From Opitutia bacterium (lineage in GTDB: Bacteria; Verrucomicrobiota; Verrucomicrobiia; Opitutales; UBA953), in NCBI GenBank assembly GCA_947463395.1, contig CANHRV010000001.1:1-53613 (forward strand): a stretch of 53,613 bases of DNA. The letters are read 5' to 3'. Positions 29,328 to 39,380 of this stretch are shown here, piece after piece. The notes beneath the pieces are model-generated. The model was not told the DNA's origin, ran no database searches, and was given only the letters and a program-made list of their open reading frames with translations. Position 1 is the first letter of the stretch, and the number at the start of each line of letters is the position of its first letter. The position numbers were made by a program, and so were the translations under genes.

Positions 29328-31178
29328 ATGAATTTCTTCAAAGCCCAAGATGAGGCCAGGGGGAGAACCGCCAAACTGGTGGCTATCCTTGTGGTGGCCG
29401 TGCTTTCACTGGCAGGTTCTCTTTATGTGTTAGCGGTGCTCGGTGAAGCAAAATTGGGTATGCCATTGGATTGGTGGCAGCCGAGGATGTTTTTAGCGAC
29501 GAGTGGTGTTGCTCTAGCCGTTATTATCGGGGGAAGTTTACTAAAGATTTTTGAACTCTCAAAAGGAGGAGGGGCAGTGGCGGCGAGTTTGGGTGCTCGA
29601 CTTGTTTCTCCTCACACTGCGGATACTCGTGAAAAACGTTATCTCAATATTGTTCAGGAAATGTCCTTAGCTTCGGGCATGCCTGTGCCCGATTGTTATG
29701 TGATGGATGGAGATGAAACCATTAATGCTTTTGCGGCTGGCAATGATCCGAAAGACGCCGTTGTCGGAGTCACTCAAGGTGCCTTGAAAAATCTCAATCG
29801 TGATGAATTACAAGGAGTCATTGCCCATGAGTTTAGTCACATCGCCAATGGCGATATGCGATTGAATATTAAAATTATTGGGATGATTGCCGGGCTCACT
29901 GCTTTGGCTGGATTAGGGTATATCCTTTTGCGAGCAGGTTTAAGTTCGCGCTCTTCGAATGAGAAAAAATCGGCTTGGCCCATCGCCGTGGTGGGGTTGG
30001 TCGTTTTGATTGTAGGATGGATTGGGATGTTTTTTGCCCGCATCATCCAATCCTCGGTTTCCCGTCAGAGGGAATATCTCGCTGATGCTTCGGCGGTTCA
30101 ATTTACCCGAAATCCTAAGGGGTTAGCCTCTGCCTTGGTTAAAGTAGGGCAGTTAGCTCGTCGTCCGCACGAGGTTTCCGTCGCTCAACTGGAGGCTCAA
30201 CATTTATTCTTCAGTTCGACTGGTAGTTTTCTGGATTCTCTCTTTGCCACGCATCCTCCTTTAGTCGATCGAGTTCGCCGTATCGACCCCTCCTTCTCTG
30301 TGGACTTATCTGAACATGTTTTACCAGAGCGTGCGGATGAATCTGCAATGGAGAATTCTCCTTTGTCTGGCTTCAACTCAAGAACCAGTTCATTCTCTAC
30401 TCCACTGTCAGAGCGTATTCCTTCGGATTTAGAAATTCAAGAGGCTGTTCGTTTTAAAGGGCGGATTCCTCAAGAGTTGCGGGAAGTAAGTCAGGAACCG
30501 ATTGGGGCGATGGCGATTGTTTTGGGTTTAATTTTAAGACAGGATCCTGTTTTAAGAACGGCACAAATCGACGGTGCGCGTGCACTGGCTTCGGGTGAAG
30601 TGGTGAAGCAAACACTGGCGATAGAGCCTTGGTTAAGAGCACTTCCCCTTGGTTCGCGTGTGCCTCTATTGGACCTAGCGATGCCAGCTTTACGCCAACT
30701 TTCCACGGTACAGGTTTCAGCTTTCCGAGCCGCCATCAAGGAGCTCTCCTGTAGCAGTGAAGATGGAATGATGGTCATGTTGATTCACGCCTCGATGCGT
30801 CGTTATTTATCCGTTGCACCTGATGCTTTAGGGGCACCACCTCAATCGACGACAGTCTCCCATCACTTCGCTCGAGTGCTTTCAGCGGTGGTGAAGACAT
30901 CGAGTGAATCCGTGATGGCACAACAAAATGCCTATCATCTGGGCGCTGCTGTTTTAGGCCTGGAGCAGTCCATTCAAACGACAATGTCAGCCGAGCAAGT
31001 AAACTTGGATCAAGTTCAAGAATCGTTAGCCGTCATTTCTGGATTAGGAGTTAACGATCGACGTTTATTCGTCCGTGCTTGTGGAGTGGCGATGCTAAAC
31101 GACCAACGTGCCGAGCCCGCCGAAATTGAAATCGTGCGTGCCGTCGCTGACTCGCTGGGAATTACCTTCGCCGCCTAA
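29328..31178 (+). CDS. M48-family zinc metallopeptidase (HtpX-like) with a long C-terminal extension (TerB-like end)
   Basis: HEFSHIANGD (HExxH), TM helices on both sides and a downstream REYLADA. About 280 extra C-terminal residues end in EPAEIEIVRAVADSLGI. Confidence 0.8.
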   Translation: MNFFKAQDEARGRTAKLVAILVVAVLSLAGSLYVLAVLGEAKLGMPLDWWQPRMFLATSGVALAVIIGGSLLKIFELSKGGGAVAASLGARLVSPHTADTREKRYLNIVQEMSLASGMPVPDCYVMDGDETINAFAAGNDPKDAVVGVTQGALKNLNRDELQGVIAHEFSHIANGDMRLNIKIIGMIAGLTALAGLGYILLRAGLSSRSSNEKKSAWPIAVVGLVVLIVGWIGMFFARIIQSSVSRQREYLADASAVQFTRNPKGLASALVKVGQLARRPHEVSVAQLEAQHLFFSSTGSFLDSLFATHPPLVDRVRRIDPSFSVDLSEHVLPERADESAMENSPLSGFNSRTSSFSTPLSERIPSDLEIQEAVRFKGRIPQELREVSQEPIGAMAIVLGLILRQDPVLRTAQIDGARALASGEVVKQTLAIEPWLRALPLGSRVPLLDLAMPALRQLSTVQVSAFRAAIKELSCSSEDGMMVMLIHASMRRYLSVAPDALGAPPQSTTVSHHFARVLSAVVKTSSESVMAQQNAYHLGAAVLGLEQSIQTTMSAEQVNLDQVQESLAVISGLGVNDRRLFVRACGVAMLNDQRAEPAEIEIVRAVADSLGITFAA

Positions 31179-31206
31179 CCCTTTCCCATCGGTTAGGCCG
31201 ATATCT

Positions 31207-32760
31207 TTAGCTCGCAATTAAACTTTCACCGGTCATTTCCGCAGGCTTAGGAAGTCCCATTAATTCGAGAAGGGTAGGAGCAATATCAGCCAGTCTTCCC
31301 GTGTTACGCAGCTTTAACTTTTGGCAGTCTTTGCCGTAGATAACGACCTCAACGGGATTGAGAGTGTGGCGAGTGTGAGGAGAGTTTTCTTCGGGCTCCC
31401 ACATTTGATCAGCATTACCATGGTCAGCCGTGACGATGGCTTTTCCTCCGACTTGATCAATCGCTTGAAGCAGGACGCCGAGGCCTTGATCAACCGCTTC
31501 ACATGCGCGACAAACGGCTTTGAGTGATCCGGTGTGACCGACCATGTCAGGGTTGGCATAATTCACCACGATTAAACCATACTTCCCTGATAGAATAGCC
31601 GCTTTGGCCATTTCCGTGACTTGGCTCGCCGACATTTCGGGTTTTTGGTCATAGGTGGCAACGTCTTTGGGGCTTTGGGCCATGCCACGCTCTTCGCCAG
31701 TGAAGGGTTCTTCGCGGTAATCGTTAAAGAAGAAAGTGACGTGGGGAAACTTTTCTGTTTCGGCGGTGCGAAATTGTTTGATACCTTGTTTAGCGACCCA
31801 TTCGCCGAGAATGTTTACCATCTTGGGTGGTTTATCGAAAATGACGTTAGGACAAAGGCCCTTCTCGTAATTGGTTAAAGTCGCATAAAAAAGTTTAAGT
31901 AAATGCGGGCGAGGGAATCCTTTGAATTGAGGATCGATAAAAGCACGTGTGAGTTCACGAGGACGATCACCACGGAAATTAAAGAATAAAACGGAGTCTC
32001 CTTCTTTAATAAAAGCGGTTCCGCGAATGCGTGTGGCGGGAACGAACTCATCCCCTACCATAGAACTTTCTGTTGGTTTATCGTAATAAGCTTGAACAGC
32101 GGCACTAGCCGAATCGGCCTCTGGAGCAGGAGCTCCCGTTAAAGCATCGTAGGCGGTTTTGACGCGTTCCCAGCGGTTGTCACGATCCATTGCCCAAAAA
32201 CGGCCGGAGACGCTGGCGATTTTACCAATACCAATTTTCGCTAATTCGGCCTCGCATTGTTTGAGATAGCCAAGACCGCTGGTGGGCGGGCTGTCACGTC
32301 CATCCATAAACGCATGTACAAAAACTTTGGTGATGCCTTCTTCTTTGAGCAGACGAACGAGAGCGTAAAGGTGGGGGAGGGTTGAGTGGACTCCTGCTTC
32401 TGAGCAGAGACCCATCAAGTGAACCGCCCCACCAGTCGATTTAACGTTCTCAACTAAACCCCGGAAAGCTTTGATTTCACGCATCGCTTTGGGGTTCGTT
32501 AAGCCCTTGTCGATACGGACGATTTCTTGGTCAACAATTCGGCCAGCTCCAATGTTTTGGTGGCCGACTTCTGAATTGCCCATAATGCCCACGGGGAGAC
32601 CGACATCGAGTCCGTGTGCCAGAATTTCAGTTCGTGGCCATTGCTTGGTCAGTTCTCGTGAAACGGGGATATTCGCCACTTTGATGGCATTATAGGAGTC
32701 ATGTTTGGGGTTATGATTTTCGCCCCAGCCATCACGAATCACGAGCAGTACAGGTTTCAT
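31207..32760 (-). CDS. gpmI: 2,3-bisphosphoglycerate-independent phosphoglycerate mutase
   Basis: [29 protein letters not shown] and NPDMVGHTG. Confidence 0.93.
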   Translation of the reverse strand: MKPVLLVIRDGWGENHNPKHDSYNAIKVANIPVSRELTKQWPRTEILAHGLDVGLPVGIMGNSEVGHQNIGAGRIVDQEIVRIDKGLTNPKAMREIKAFRGLVENVKSTGGAVHLMGLCSEAGVHSTLPHLYALVRLLKEEGITKVFVHAFMDGRDSPPTSGLGYLKQCEAELAKIGIGKIASVSGRFWAMDRDNRWERVKTAYDALTGAPAPEADSASAAVQAYYDKPTESSMVGDEFVPATRIRGTAFIKEGDSVLFFNFRGDRPRELTRAFIDPQFKGFPRPHLLKLFYATLTNYEKGLCPNVIFDKPPKMVNILGEWVAKQGIKQFRTAETEKFPHVTFFFNDYREEPFTGEERGMAQSPKDVATYDQKPEMSASQVTEMAKAAILSGKYGLIVVNYANPDMVGHTGSLKAVCRACEAVDQGLGVLLQAIDQVGGKAIVTADHGNADQMWEPEENSPHTRHTLNPVEVVIYGKDCQKLKLRNTGRLADIAPTLLELMGLPKPAEMTGESLIAS

Positions 32761-32810
32761 AAAAAGTCCTTAAAGTAATAGAGGACTTTAACCCTCGGAG
32801 GCAAGTAGCA

Positions 32811-34823
32811 CTATGCCTCTTCCCACTTACCTTTTTCTTTAATCAAATCCACAAGTCGATCCACGGCCTCTTCTTGGGGGATATTGAACTTCACCGGGGT
32901 TTTACCGACGTAGAGATTGATTTTCCCAGGTGCACCTCCGACGTAGCCAAAATCAGCATCAGCCATTTCACCAGGTCCATTGACGATACATCCCATCACA
33001 GCGATGGTGACAGATTTCAAGTGTCCAGTGCGCTCTTTGATTTTGAGTGTCGTCGATTGGATGTCGAAAAGTGTTCGACCACAAGACGGACAGGCAACGT
33101 ATTCGGTTTTAGTTTGGCGACAGCGTGCACCCTGCAAGATGTCATAACCCAAAGTGAGTGATTTAGCGGTGGTATTGGGAGTCTCGCAGGAAAGTAAATC
33201 GCCGTAACCATCGACTAAAAGTCCGCCGGCAAAAAGAGAGGCTTCCAATAGTCGAGATTGGAAACCTGCATCAAGAATGACCGCATTGGCTTCCGTCACA
33301 CGAATCCAAAGGGGGGAGTTAATCTTAGACTCGTATAAAACGCGGATAATTTCTCGATAAGTACCGAGGGCATGCAATCCAGGGGTAGGTTTTGACGCAG
33401 CGATGATTAAGCGACCGGCTGGGATTGAGGCGAGGGTTTTGGCCAAAGTCGTTATCGCTGTAGCATCGACATCGGCCGCTAGGATGGCTTGGTTTTTAAT
33501 ACAGGCGTCTGCCCAGTTTTTTAACTCTGTATCGTCTTCACTCGAAAAAGATTTAACCACAACGAGTGTGCAGCCTTCGCCAGCAAAGGGAAACTCTGAG
33601 AGCGGGAGGGTGGTTTGAACGAAAAGTGCGGGGACCGTCCTGCCCAGTGCTTTGCGTAGGGATAAAAGGGCTTGGTTGGAATGGCTGGAATGCAAATCCA
33701 CCAACAACCCCTCAACGCGAGCTTCGCGCTGTTGATTGTGAGCATCGAGTACTTCTTTGGCGGCGGCTTGCCAATCATTGAGTCCAGAGGCGCTTCGAAC
33801 GACCACGCGAACGAGTTCGTTAGAGCCCACACGGCATTTTTCTGAAAACTGAACGAGGGTAGAAGGTCGTCGAGAATAAGAAAAGGGATCAACGGGATCT
33901 CGAGGGAAAGAAATTTTCGTATTTTCCCCATTCTCTACCAATCGATCCGCTCGTGCTACGAGTTCGCGACAAACGGGAATCTCATGCCAAGGATCTTCCG
34001 TGAGAGAAACACGAATCGTATCTCCTAATCCATCGGCAAGGAGAGAACCGATGCCGATGGCGGATTTAATGCGAGCGTCCTCTCCTTCTCCCGCTTCGGT
34101 TACACCTAAATGCAAGGGGTAATCCATTTTACTTTCAGCCATTCGAGCTGCGGCCAGACGATAGGCTTCAATCATCACTTTCGGGTTCGATGATTTCATG
34201 GACAGCACGAGGTCTTTGAAGCCGTGCGATTCAGCAATGCGGACAAATTCGAGGGCAGATTCTACCATACCGAGTGGCGTATCGCCGTAGCGATTCATAA
34301 TGCGGTCAGAGAGGGAGCCGTGATTTGTCCCAATGCGGAGAGCACGTCCTAAAGCTTTGGCACGAAGCACGAGTGGCGAAAAAGCCTCATGCAGACGGTC
34401 AAGTTCTTCTGCGTAGGCCGCATCGGTATACTCACGTACAGCAAACTTTTTCTTGTCCGCATAGTTGCCGGGATTGATGCGTACTTTCTCCACGTGCTCG
34501 ATGGCTTCCATCGCTGCTTGGGGAAGAAAATGAATATCGGCGACGAGAGGTTGGGAGAAGCCTGCTGAACGAAATTCTTGATGAATTTTTTTTAAGGCGA
34601 CGGCCGCAGCTTTGTTGGGGGCGGTGATGCGAATGATTTCACAGCCCGCCTCGGCTAGCTTGATGCATTGTGCTAAAGTGGCTGCGATATCTTCCGTGTC
34701 AGTCGTCGTCATCGACTGGATGCGGATGGGATTATTGCCTCCAACTCCAACATGGCCGACATTGACCACGCGAGTCAGTCGGCGCACGGTATGATGGCGC
34801 GATGGACAATAGTCTCCAGACAT
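32811..34823 (-). CDS. ispG: 4-hydroxy-3-methylbut-2-en-1-yl diphosphate synthase, long form with an inserted domain
   Basis: N-terminal TIM-barrel region (VGGNNPIRIQSMT, RINPGN). A roughly 250-aa insert follows. The C-terminal 4Fe-4S domain carries CPSCGRT and GCIVNGPGE. Confidence 0.9.
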   Translation of the reverse strand: MSGDYCPSRHHTVRRLTRVVNVGHVGVGGNNPIRIQSMTTTDTEDIAATLAQCIKLAEAGCEIIRITAPNKAAAVALKKIHQEFRSAGFSQPLVADIHFLPQAAMEAIEHVEKVRINPGNYADKKKFAVREYTDAAYAEELDRLHEAFSPLVLRAKALGRALRIGTNHGSLSDRIMNRYGDTPLGMVESALEFVRIAESHGFKDLVLSMKSSNPKVMIEAYRLAAARMAESKMDYPLHLGVTEAGEGEDARIKSAIGIGSLLADGLGDTIRVSLTEDPWHEIPVCRELVARADRLVENGENTKISFPRDPVDPFSYSRRPSTLVQFSEKCRVGSNELVRVVVRSASGLNDWQAAAKEVLDAHNQQREARVEGLLVDLHSSHSNQALLSLRKALGRTVPALFVQTTLPLSEFPFAGEGCTLVVVKSFSSEDDTELKNWADACIKNQAILAADVDATAITTLAKTLASIPAGRLIIAASKPTPGLHALGTYREIIRVLYESKINSPLWIRVTEANAVILDAGFQSRLLEASLFAGGLLVDGYGDLLSCETPNTTAKSLTLGYDILQGARCRQTKTEYVACPSCGRTLFDIQSTTLKIKERTGHLKSVTIAVMGCIVNGPGEMADADFGYVGGAPGKINLYVGKTPVKFNIPQEEAVDRLVDLIKEKGKWEEA

Positions 34824-34883
34824 AACTCCATCACAACCGTTTTCGGGTTACTCGTCAACGTTCAGGCCAAGATTCCTCAAGCT

Positions 34884-36731
34884 CTATTTATCGCTAAACT
34901 GCACAGGCTTTTGCAAGTGTCGCTCGATAATCTGTTGTTTAATTTGTAATTCATTATCCCCTGAGCAACGGCGAACGTCATTGAGAATGATGTAAGCCAT
35001 GAGCGAGAAGAGAAAAGCCATACAGATAAATTGCACAATCGTCACGACCTTGGTGTTTAGACCATTTTTGAATAAACGTCCCAAGGTGGCGATGAGCATA
35101 TGGCCTCCATCGAGCACGGGAATGGGCATAAGGTTTAGAATCGCGAGATTGAGGTTAATCAAGACCGTGAACCAGAGAACACGTCGGAGATCATCGGAAA
35201 TATTATAATAAGTTTTGCTGATGGAGATGACCGAGGCGAGTTGGTTGACTTTGATATCTGAATTGCGATCGAACAAACGACTCAAGGTCGTGAAGGTTTG
35301 TTGCACAATATGCGTACAAGTCTCCAGGGGGTTAAGGTGAGCGAGTTCGGGTGACGTGGAGAACTGAGCACCAATCAAAGCACGCTCCAAGGGTTTTACT
35401 CGTTTTACCTCAGCATCTTTCAGGACAAAATTACCTGTTTCTCCATTAGCTCGATTCCAGTAGAACGTTAAATCACGCTTCGTGCCACCTGTTGCATTTT
35501 CTAAATCTTGGAGCGAACGAAGGACGGAAAGCTCTTGTCCATCGACTTTATCTAAGACAGTTCCTGTTTTTAGAATCTCTTTGAAAGCGGAGTCTTCGGG
35601 GTACATGCCTAGGACCATCAGTTGATCACGGGTAGCTTTGGCGTCGGTGGAAAGTAAATCGCGGGTCACGGGCACCACGACGATTGTGTGAGGGTTTTGG
35701 TAATCTCCGTAAAGAATTTGTCCGACGGGGTTGGTGGTCGGGCTGATTTTAGGAGTCACTTTTACTAAGCGTTTTGTGCCTTTTTCGGGACCAGAAGTTT
35801 GTTCGACTTCGAGGGTGTGTTCCGTTGCGCCACCTTTGCGCATCAACTCCATGAACTCGGTTAAGCTGTGGATAGGTTTTTGATTGAGCGAGAGAATGCG
35901 GTCACCGCGACGTAGGCCACCTTTCTCGGCCGGAGAGTCGGGCAGAATTGTATCAACAATGACGCTTGAGCGAGGCATAATACCAGCCACCCTGATTTTA
36001 TCTCCGCTTTGTGCGTTAAGTTTAACGATGGCTGGTTGAATGGTGATATCGAGTTTTTTGCCGTCACGAAGAATGGTGAATTTGCAGGTACGCACACCTT
36101 GGTTACTTTTTCCATTACCGAGTAGCACCGCTTCACTGATTTGTGTGAAAGTTTTTACAGGTTTATCATCAACGGCTAAAACTTCATCGCCTGAGCGAAG
36201 ACCAGCGATGTAGGCAGGTCCAGGAGCACTTTGTCCAAGGCCTAGTTCGGAAAGTTGACCAGTGCTTGTCACTACTTGCTCTTGGACGTATCCAATCACG
36301 GTGGTTTTGCTTCCTTCTGGCACAGGCACGCCCGTGAACCAAAGAATCGTGGCCAAACCAAAAGCAAAAATGACGTTAAAGACCGCACCCATCACCGCGA
36401 CAATCATTTTATCAGCGTATGAAATTTCAGGAAGTTTTTCCGCTTTCTCGTCGGTTTCACCTTCGATGGCCGAAGAGTCGCCCATCTGTGGCAGGGCAAC
36501 ATAACCGCCTAAAGGAATCCAAGCGATGCGGTAGTCAACTCCGTCTTTGCCCGTCCAGCCAAAGATTTTCGGCCCAAAGCCGATCGAGAACCTTTCGATT
36601 TTAAGTCCTCGTCGACGGGCAGCGAGGAAGTGACCTAGTTCATGGACGAAAATGGATCCTCCAAAGAAAAAGGCTAAAAGTAAAATCCCTCGAAGAGAGG
36701 TGGCGAGGTCGCCAAGTAAATTATTTTCCAT
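34884..36731 (-). CDS. rseP: RIP metalloprotease RseP (M50 site-2 protease), multi-PDZ
   Basis: HELGHFLAAR, several PDZ-like segments (GLRSGDEVLAVD, GLRRGDRILSLN) and a C-terminal NLMPIPVLDGG. Confidence 0.9.
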   Translation of the reverse strand: MENNLLGDLATSLRGILLLAFFFGGSIFVHELGHFLAARRRGLKIERFSIGFGPKIFGWTGKDGVDYRIAWIPLGGYVALPQMGDSSAIEGETDEKAEKLPEISYADKMIVAVMGAVFNVIFAFGLATILWFTGVPVPEGSKTTVIGYVQEQVVTSTGQLSELGLGQSAPGPAYIAGLRSGDEVLAVDDKPVKTFTQISEAVLLGNGKSNQGVRTCKFTILRDGKKLDITIQPAIVKLNAQSGDKIRVAGIMPRSSVIVDTILPDSPAEKGGLRRGDRILSLNQKPIHSLTEFMELMRKGGATEHTLEVEQTSGPEKGTKRLVKVTPKISPTTNPVGQILYGDYQNPHTIVVVPVTRDLLSTDAKATRDQLMVLGMYPEDSAFKEILKTGTVLDKVDGQELSVLRSLQDLENATGGTKRDLTFYWNRANGETGNFVLKDAEVKRVKPLERALIGAQFSTSPELAHLNPLETCTHIVQQTFTTLSRLFDRNSDIKVNQLASVISISKTYYNISDDLRRVLWFTVLINLNLAILNLMPIPVLDGGHMLIATLGRLFKNGLNTKVVTIVQFICMAFLFSLMAYIILNDVRRCSGDNELQIKQQIIERHLQKPVQFSDK

Positions 36732-36737
36732 AAAAGT

Positions 36738-37904
36738 TTAACGAGCGAAACCTGGAGCCAGTTTTGAAGCGATAGTGCGTGCTTCGGCATCGGCACTTAA
36801 GACATCTTCGAGAGAAGAAGGTTCGCGGGCAGAGCAAAGGTTTAGGGTTTTTTCTATGAGAGGTGCAATGCCAGTAAAGGTAAGTTTGCCAGCGACAAAG
36901 GCTTCGACCGCTATTTCGTTAGCAGCATTGAAGACCGCTGGTGCAGTTCCGCCAGTGGTCGCCGCTTGGCGAGCGAGTCGTAAGCAAGGGTAACGCTGCA
37001 GGTCGGGTGGCGACATATCGAGTTTAATAACATCCTGTAAATCCAAAATCGGGGCGGGGCAGGGTAGACGTAGAGGATAAAGAAGACAGTCTTGAATAGG
37101 GTAGACCATTGAAGGTGGGGAGAGTTGCGCATTGAGACTTCCATCCGTGAGAGTCACCATCGAGTGAATGATGCTTTGCGGGTGCACCACGACATCAATG
37201 CGGTTGGATGGAATATCAAAGAGCCAGCCTGCCTCGATGATTTCCAATCCCTTATTGGCCATCGTCGCTGAATCGATGGTCACCTTGGGTCCCATGTTCC
37301 AACTCGGGTGTTGTAGGGCTTGTGCAGGAGTTACTTGGGGAAGATCGGAAAGAGGTGTATTGCGAAAGGCTCCACCCGAGGCGGTGAGAACAAGTCGAGC
37401 TACTTCTTGACGAGGGCGATGACGTAAGAGTTGATGTATCGCGTTATGCTCGCTATCGATAGGTAAAATCGTTGACCCTGATTCTTTAGCGGTGGCGGTA
37501 ACAAATTTTCCTGCCAGAACCAGAAGTTCTTTACTGGCGAGGGCGATATTTTTTTTGGCACGCAGAGCGGCAATCGTGGGTTTTAATCCAGAAGTGCCAA
37601 CCACCGCGGATACGACTGTTTGCACCTCAGGTAAGCAGGCTACCTCAATCATGCCTTCGATGCCCTCGAGGATGCGCACACCAGGAAACTCGCCTGACTC
37701 TCTGGCATTCTTGGCTGCTTGTGCATTGGCGAGGGCAATCGTTTTAACATCAAACTCCTTTACCAAACTGATTAACTCGCGCCAATTGGAGTTGGCGGTC
37801 AGGCCTACGACCTTAAGTCGAGAAGGGTGAGCACGGGCAACGGCCAAAGTGGTCGTACCAATCGAGCCCGTGGCTCCGAGGATGGCAATTGGCCTATTTT
37901 CCAT
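36738..37904 (-). CDS. dxr: 1-deoxy-D-xylulose 5-phosphate reductoisomerase
   Basis: ILGATGSIGTTTL, LPIDSEHNAI and VHPQSIIHSMV. Confidence 0.93.
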   Translation of the reverse strand: MENRPIAILGATGSIGTTTLAVARAHPSRLKVVGLTANSNWRELISLVKEFDVKTIALANAQAAKNARESGEFPGVRILEGIEGMIEVACLPEVQTVVSAVVGTSGLKPTIAALRAKKNIALASKELLVLAGKFVTATAKESGSTILPIDSEHNAIHQLLRHRPRQEVARLVLTASGGAFRNTPLSDLPQVTPAQALQHPSWNMGPKVTIDSATMANKGLEIIEAGWLFDIPSNRIDVVVHPQSIIHSMVTLTDGSLNAQLSPPSMVYPIQDCLLYPLRLPCPAPILDLQDVIKLDMSPPDLQRYPCLRLARQAATTGGTAPAVFNAANEIAVEAFVAGKLTFTGIAPLIEKTLNLCSAREPSSLEDVLSADAEARTIASKLAPGFAR

Positions 37905-38026
37905 GCACGCAGGTTGGGTTTTGAGGCAACCGTGGGATATCTCCGTGGCAAGCCGGTTTCATCAAACTTGAGAAGCTTTATGCTTCTCCGCTTGTCTCTT
38001 TCGGTGTGTTTGTTTCCCTTCTCTCT

Positions 38027-38440
38027 ATGACCACTCAGCCCAAGGATCTTCAAGGACTCTCCCATCTTGGAAATACCCAGAATAAACCTCAGCAAACCCT
38101 GGAAACATTTCCTAATCGCAATTTGGGCCGTAACTATTTCGTCGAGTTAACCACCGAGGAGTTCACCTGCCTTTGCCCAGCAACGGGTCAGCCTGATTTT
38201 GCTAAAATCACCATTAACTACGTTCCTGGACCTCGCATTGTTGAATCGAAGTCATTGAAACTTTATTTCTGGAGTTATCGTCAACAAGGAGTCTTCCACG
38301 AACATTTAACGAATAAAATTCTCGACGATTTAGTGGCAGCTCTCGACCCCGTTTGGTGTCAAGTGACGGGGGCTTTTGGTGTTCGTGGTGGAATTGGCAT
38401 CACAGTACGAGCTGAATACGGCAAAAAACCTCAGTCGTGA
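38027..38440 (+). CDS. queF: NADPH-dependent 7-cyano-7-deazaguanine reductase
   Basis: EEFTCLCPATGQPDFAKITINYVP and ESKSLKLYFWSYRQQGVFHE. ATG at 38027. Confidence 0.9.
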   Translation: MTTQPKDLQGLSHLGNTQNKPQQTLETFPNRNLGRNYFVELTTEEFTCLCPATGQPDFAKITINYVPGPRIVESKSLKLYFWSYRQQGVFHEHLTNKILDDLVAALDPVWCQVTGAFGVRGGIGITVRAEYGKKPQS

Positions 38441-39375
38441 AAAAACGTCCCGTCCAGATTGATGACGGGGCTTCCGCGAACTGGCCTGGGGTAAAACGGG
38501 TTTCGGATTATTTATCTCGGCAACGAGCGGGCCATCGTTTGTCAGCGCGCACTTGCCAAACTTATTTCCGAGCACTCAAGGGCTTTGCTTTATGGATGAA
38601 ATCGCAGGGTGGTTGGGATGGCGACTGGTCGCAATTAACCGCCCGCAATTTACGAGACTTTGTGATTGAGCGTCAATCGACCCATCACCGACGATCCCTC
38701 CATAATCAAGTTTCGGCTCTTCGTTCTTTTCTAACCGATTTGCGTGAGCGTGGGGATATTCAATCATCTCCAGCGGCTGGTTTGGTTTTACCCAAGTTGC
38801 CAAAGTCTTTACCTAAATTTTTAACAGAAAATCAAACAGAAGCTCTCTTAGAGGCTCATTCCGAGGAGGAAGAAAGCGCCCTTACTCGGGCTCGTAATCA
38901 AGCGATTCTAGAATTGCTGTATGGAGGTGGATTGCGTGTCTCTGAGTTATGCGGGATAAGAAGTGGAGATTTGGATTTAAAAACAGGATTAGTGAAAGTC
39001 TTAGGTAAAGGCTCAAAAGAGCGTGTCATTCCTGTTGGCGAATCGGCCGTGGCTGCCGTCAAAACTTACCTTACCTTGCGTGGTCAACCCGTCCGAGGAG
39101 AACCTTTACTTTTAACATCGCGCCATCGGCCGATGCACCCTCGATCGGTACAGTTAATGTTAAAAAAGAAATTAATCCAAGCGGGCTTACCAGCGGATTT
39201 AACTCCGCACAAATTACGCCACGCTTGTGCTACGCATTTGCTTTCCAATGGAGCTGACTTGAGGTTGGTCCAAGAACAATTGGGTCACGCTTCGCTTTCA
39301 ACGACGCAAATCTACACTCACCTGACCATTGCTAAATTGCGTGAGGTGCATCGGAAAGCTCACCCTCGCGCTTAA
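38437..39375 (+). CDS. xerC: Tyrosine recombinase XerC/XerD family
   Basis: ELLYGGGLRVSELCGI, VLGKGSKERVIP, HKLRHACATHLL and LGHASLSTTQIYTH. GTGA overlap with queF. Confidence 0.85.
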   Translation: MKKRPVQIDDGASANWPGVKRVSDYLSRQRAGHRLSARTCQTYFRALKGFALWMKSQGGWDGDWSQLTARNLRDFVIERQSTHHRRSLHNQVSALRSFLTDLRERGDIQSSPAAGLVLPKLPKSLPKFLTENQTEALLEAHSEEEESALTRARNQAILELLYGGGLRVSELCGIRSGDLDLKTGLVKVLGKGSKERVIPVGESAVAAVKTYLTLRGQPVRGEPLLLTSRHRPMHPRSVQLMLKKKLIQAGLPADLTPHKLRHACATHLLSNGADLRLVQEQLGHASLSTTQIYTHLTIAKLREVHRKAHPRA

Positions 39376-39380
39376 ATCCT

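Noticed and set aside
33521-33931. A 136-aa same-strand alternative-frame ORF inside ispG. Similar internal ORFs lie at 24372-24827, 8947-9333, 25226-25609, 5464-5793, 11823-12257 and 50183-50563.
   Set aside because: All are nested in well-supported genes and lack motifs. Their compositions are typical of off-frame translation.
37905-38026. Possible preQ1 riboswitch upstream of queF.
   Set aside because: I could not find the compact preQ1-I hairpin and A-rich tail, or any convincing conserved stem. The region also has to hold the divergent dxr promoter.
38437-39375. Tyrosine recombinase as the marker of an integrated mobile element.
   Set aside because: It has canonical XerC/XerD motifs and is translationally coupled to queF and ispE. 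There are no flanking repeats, phage genes or compositional break.
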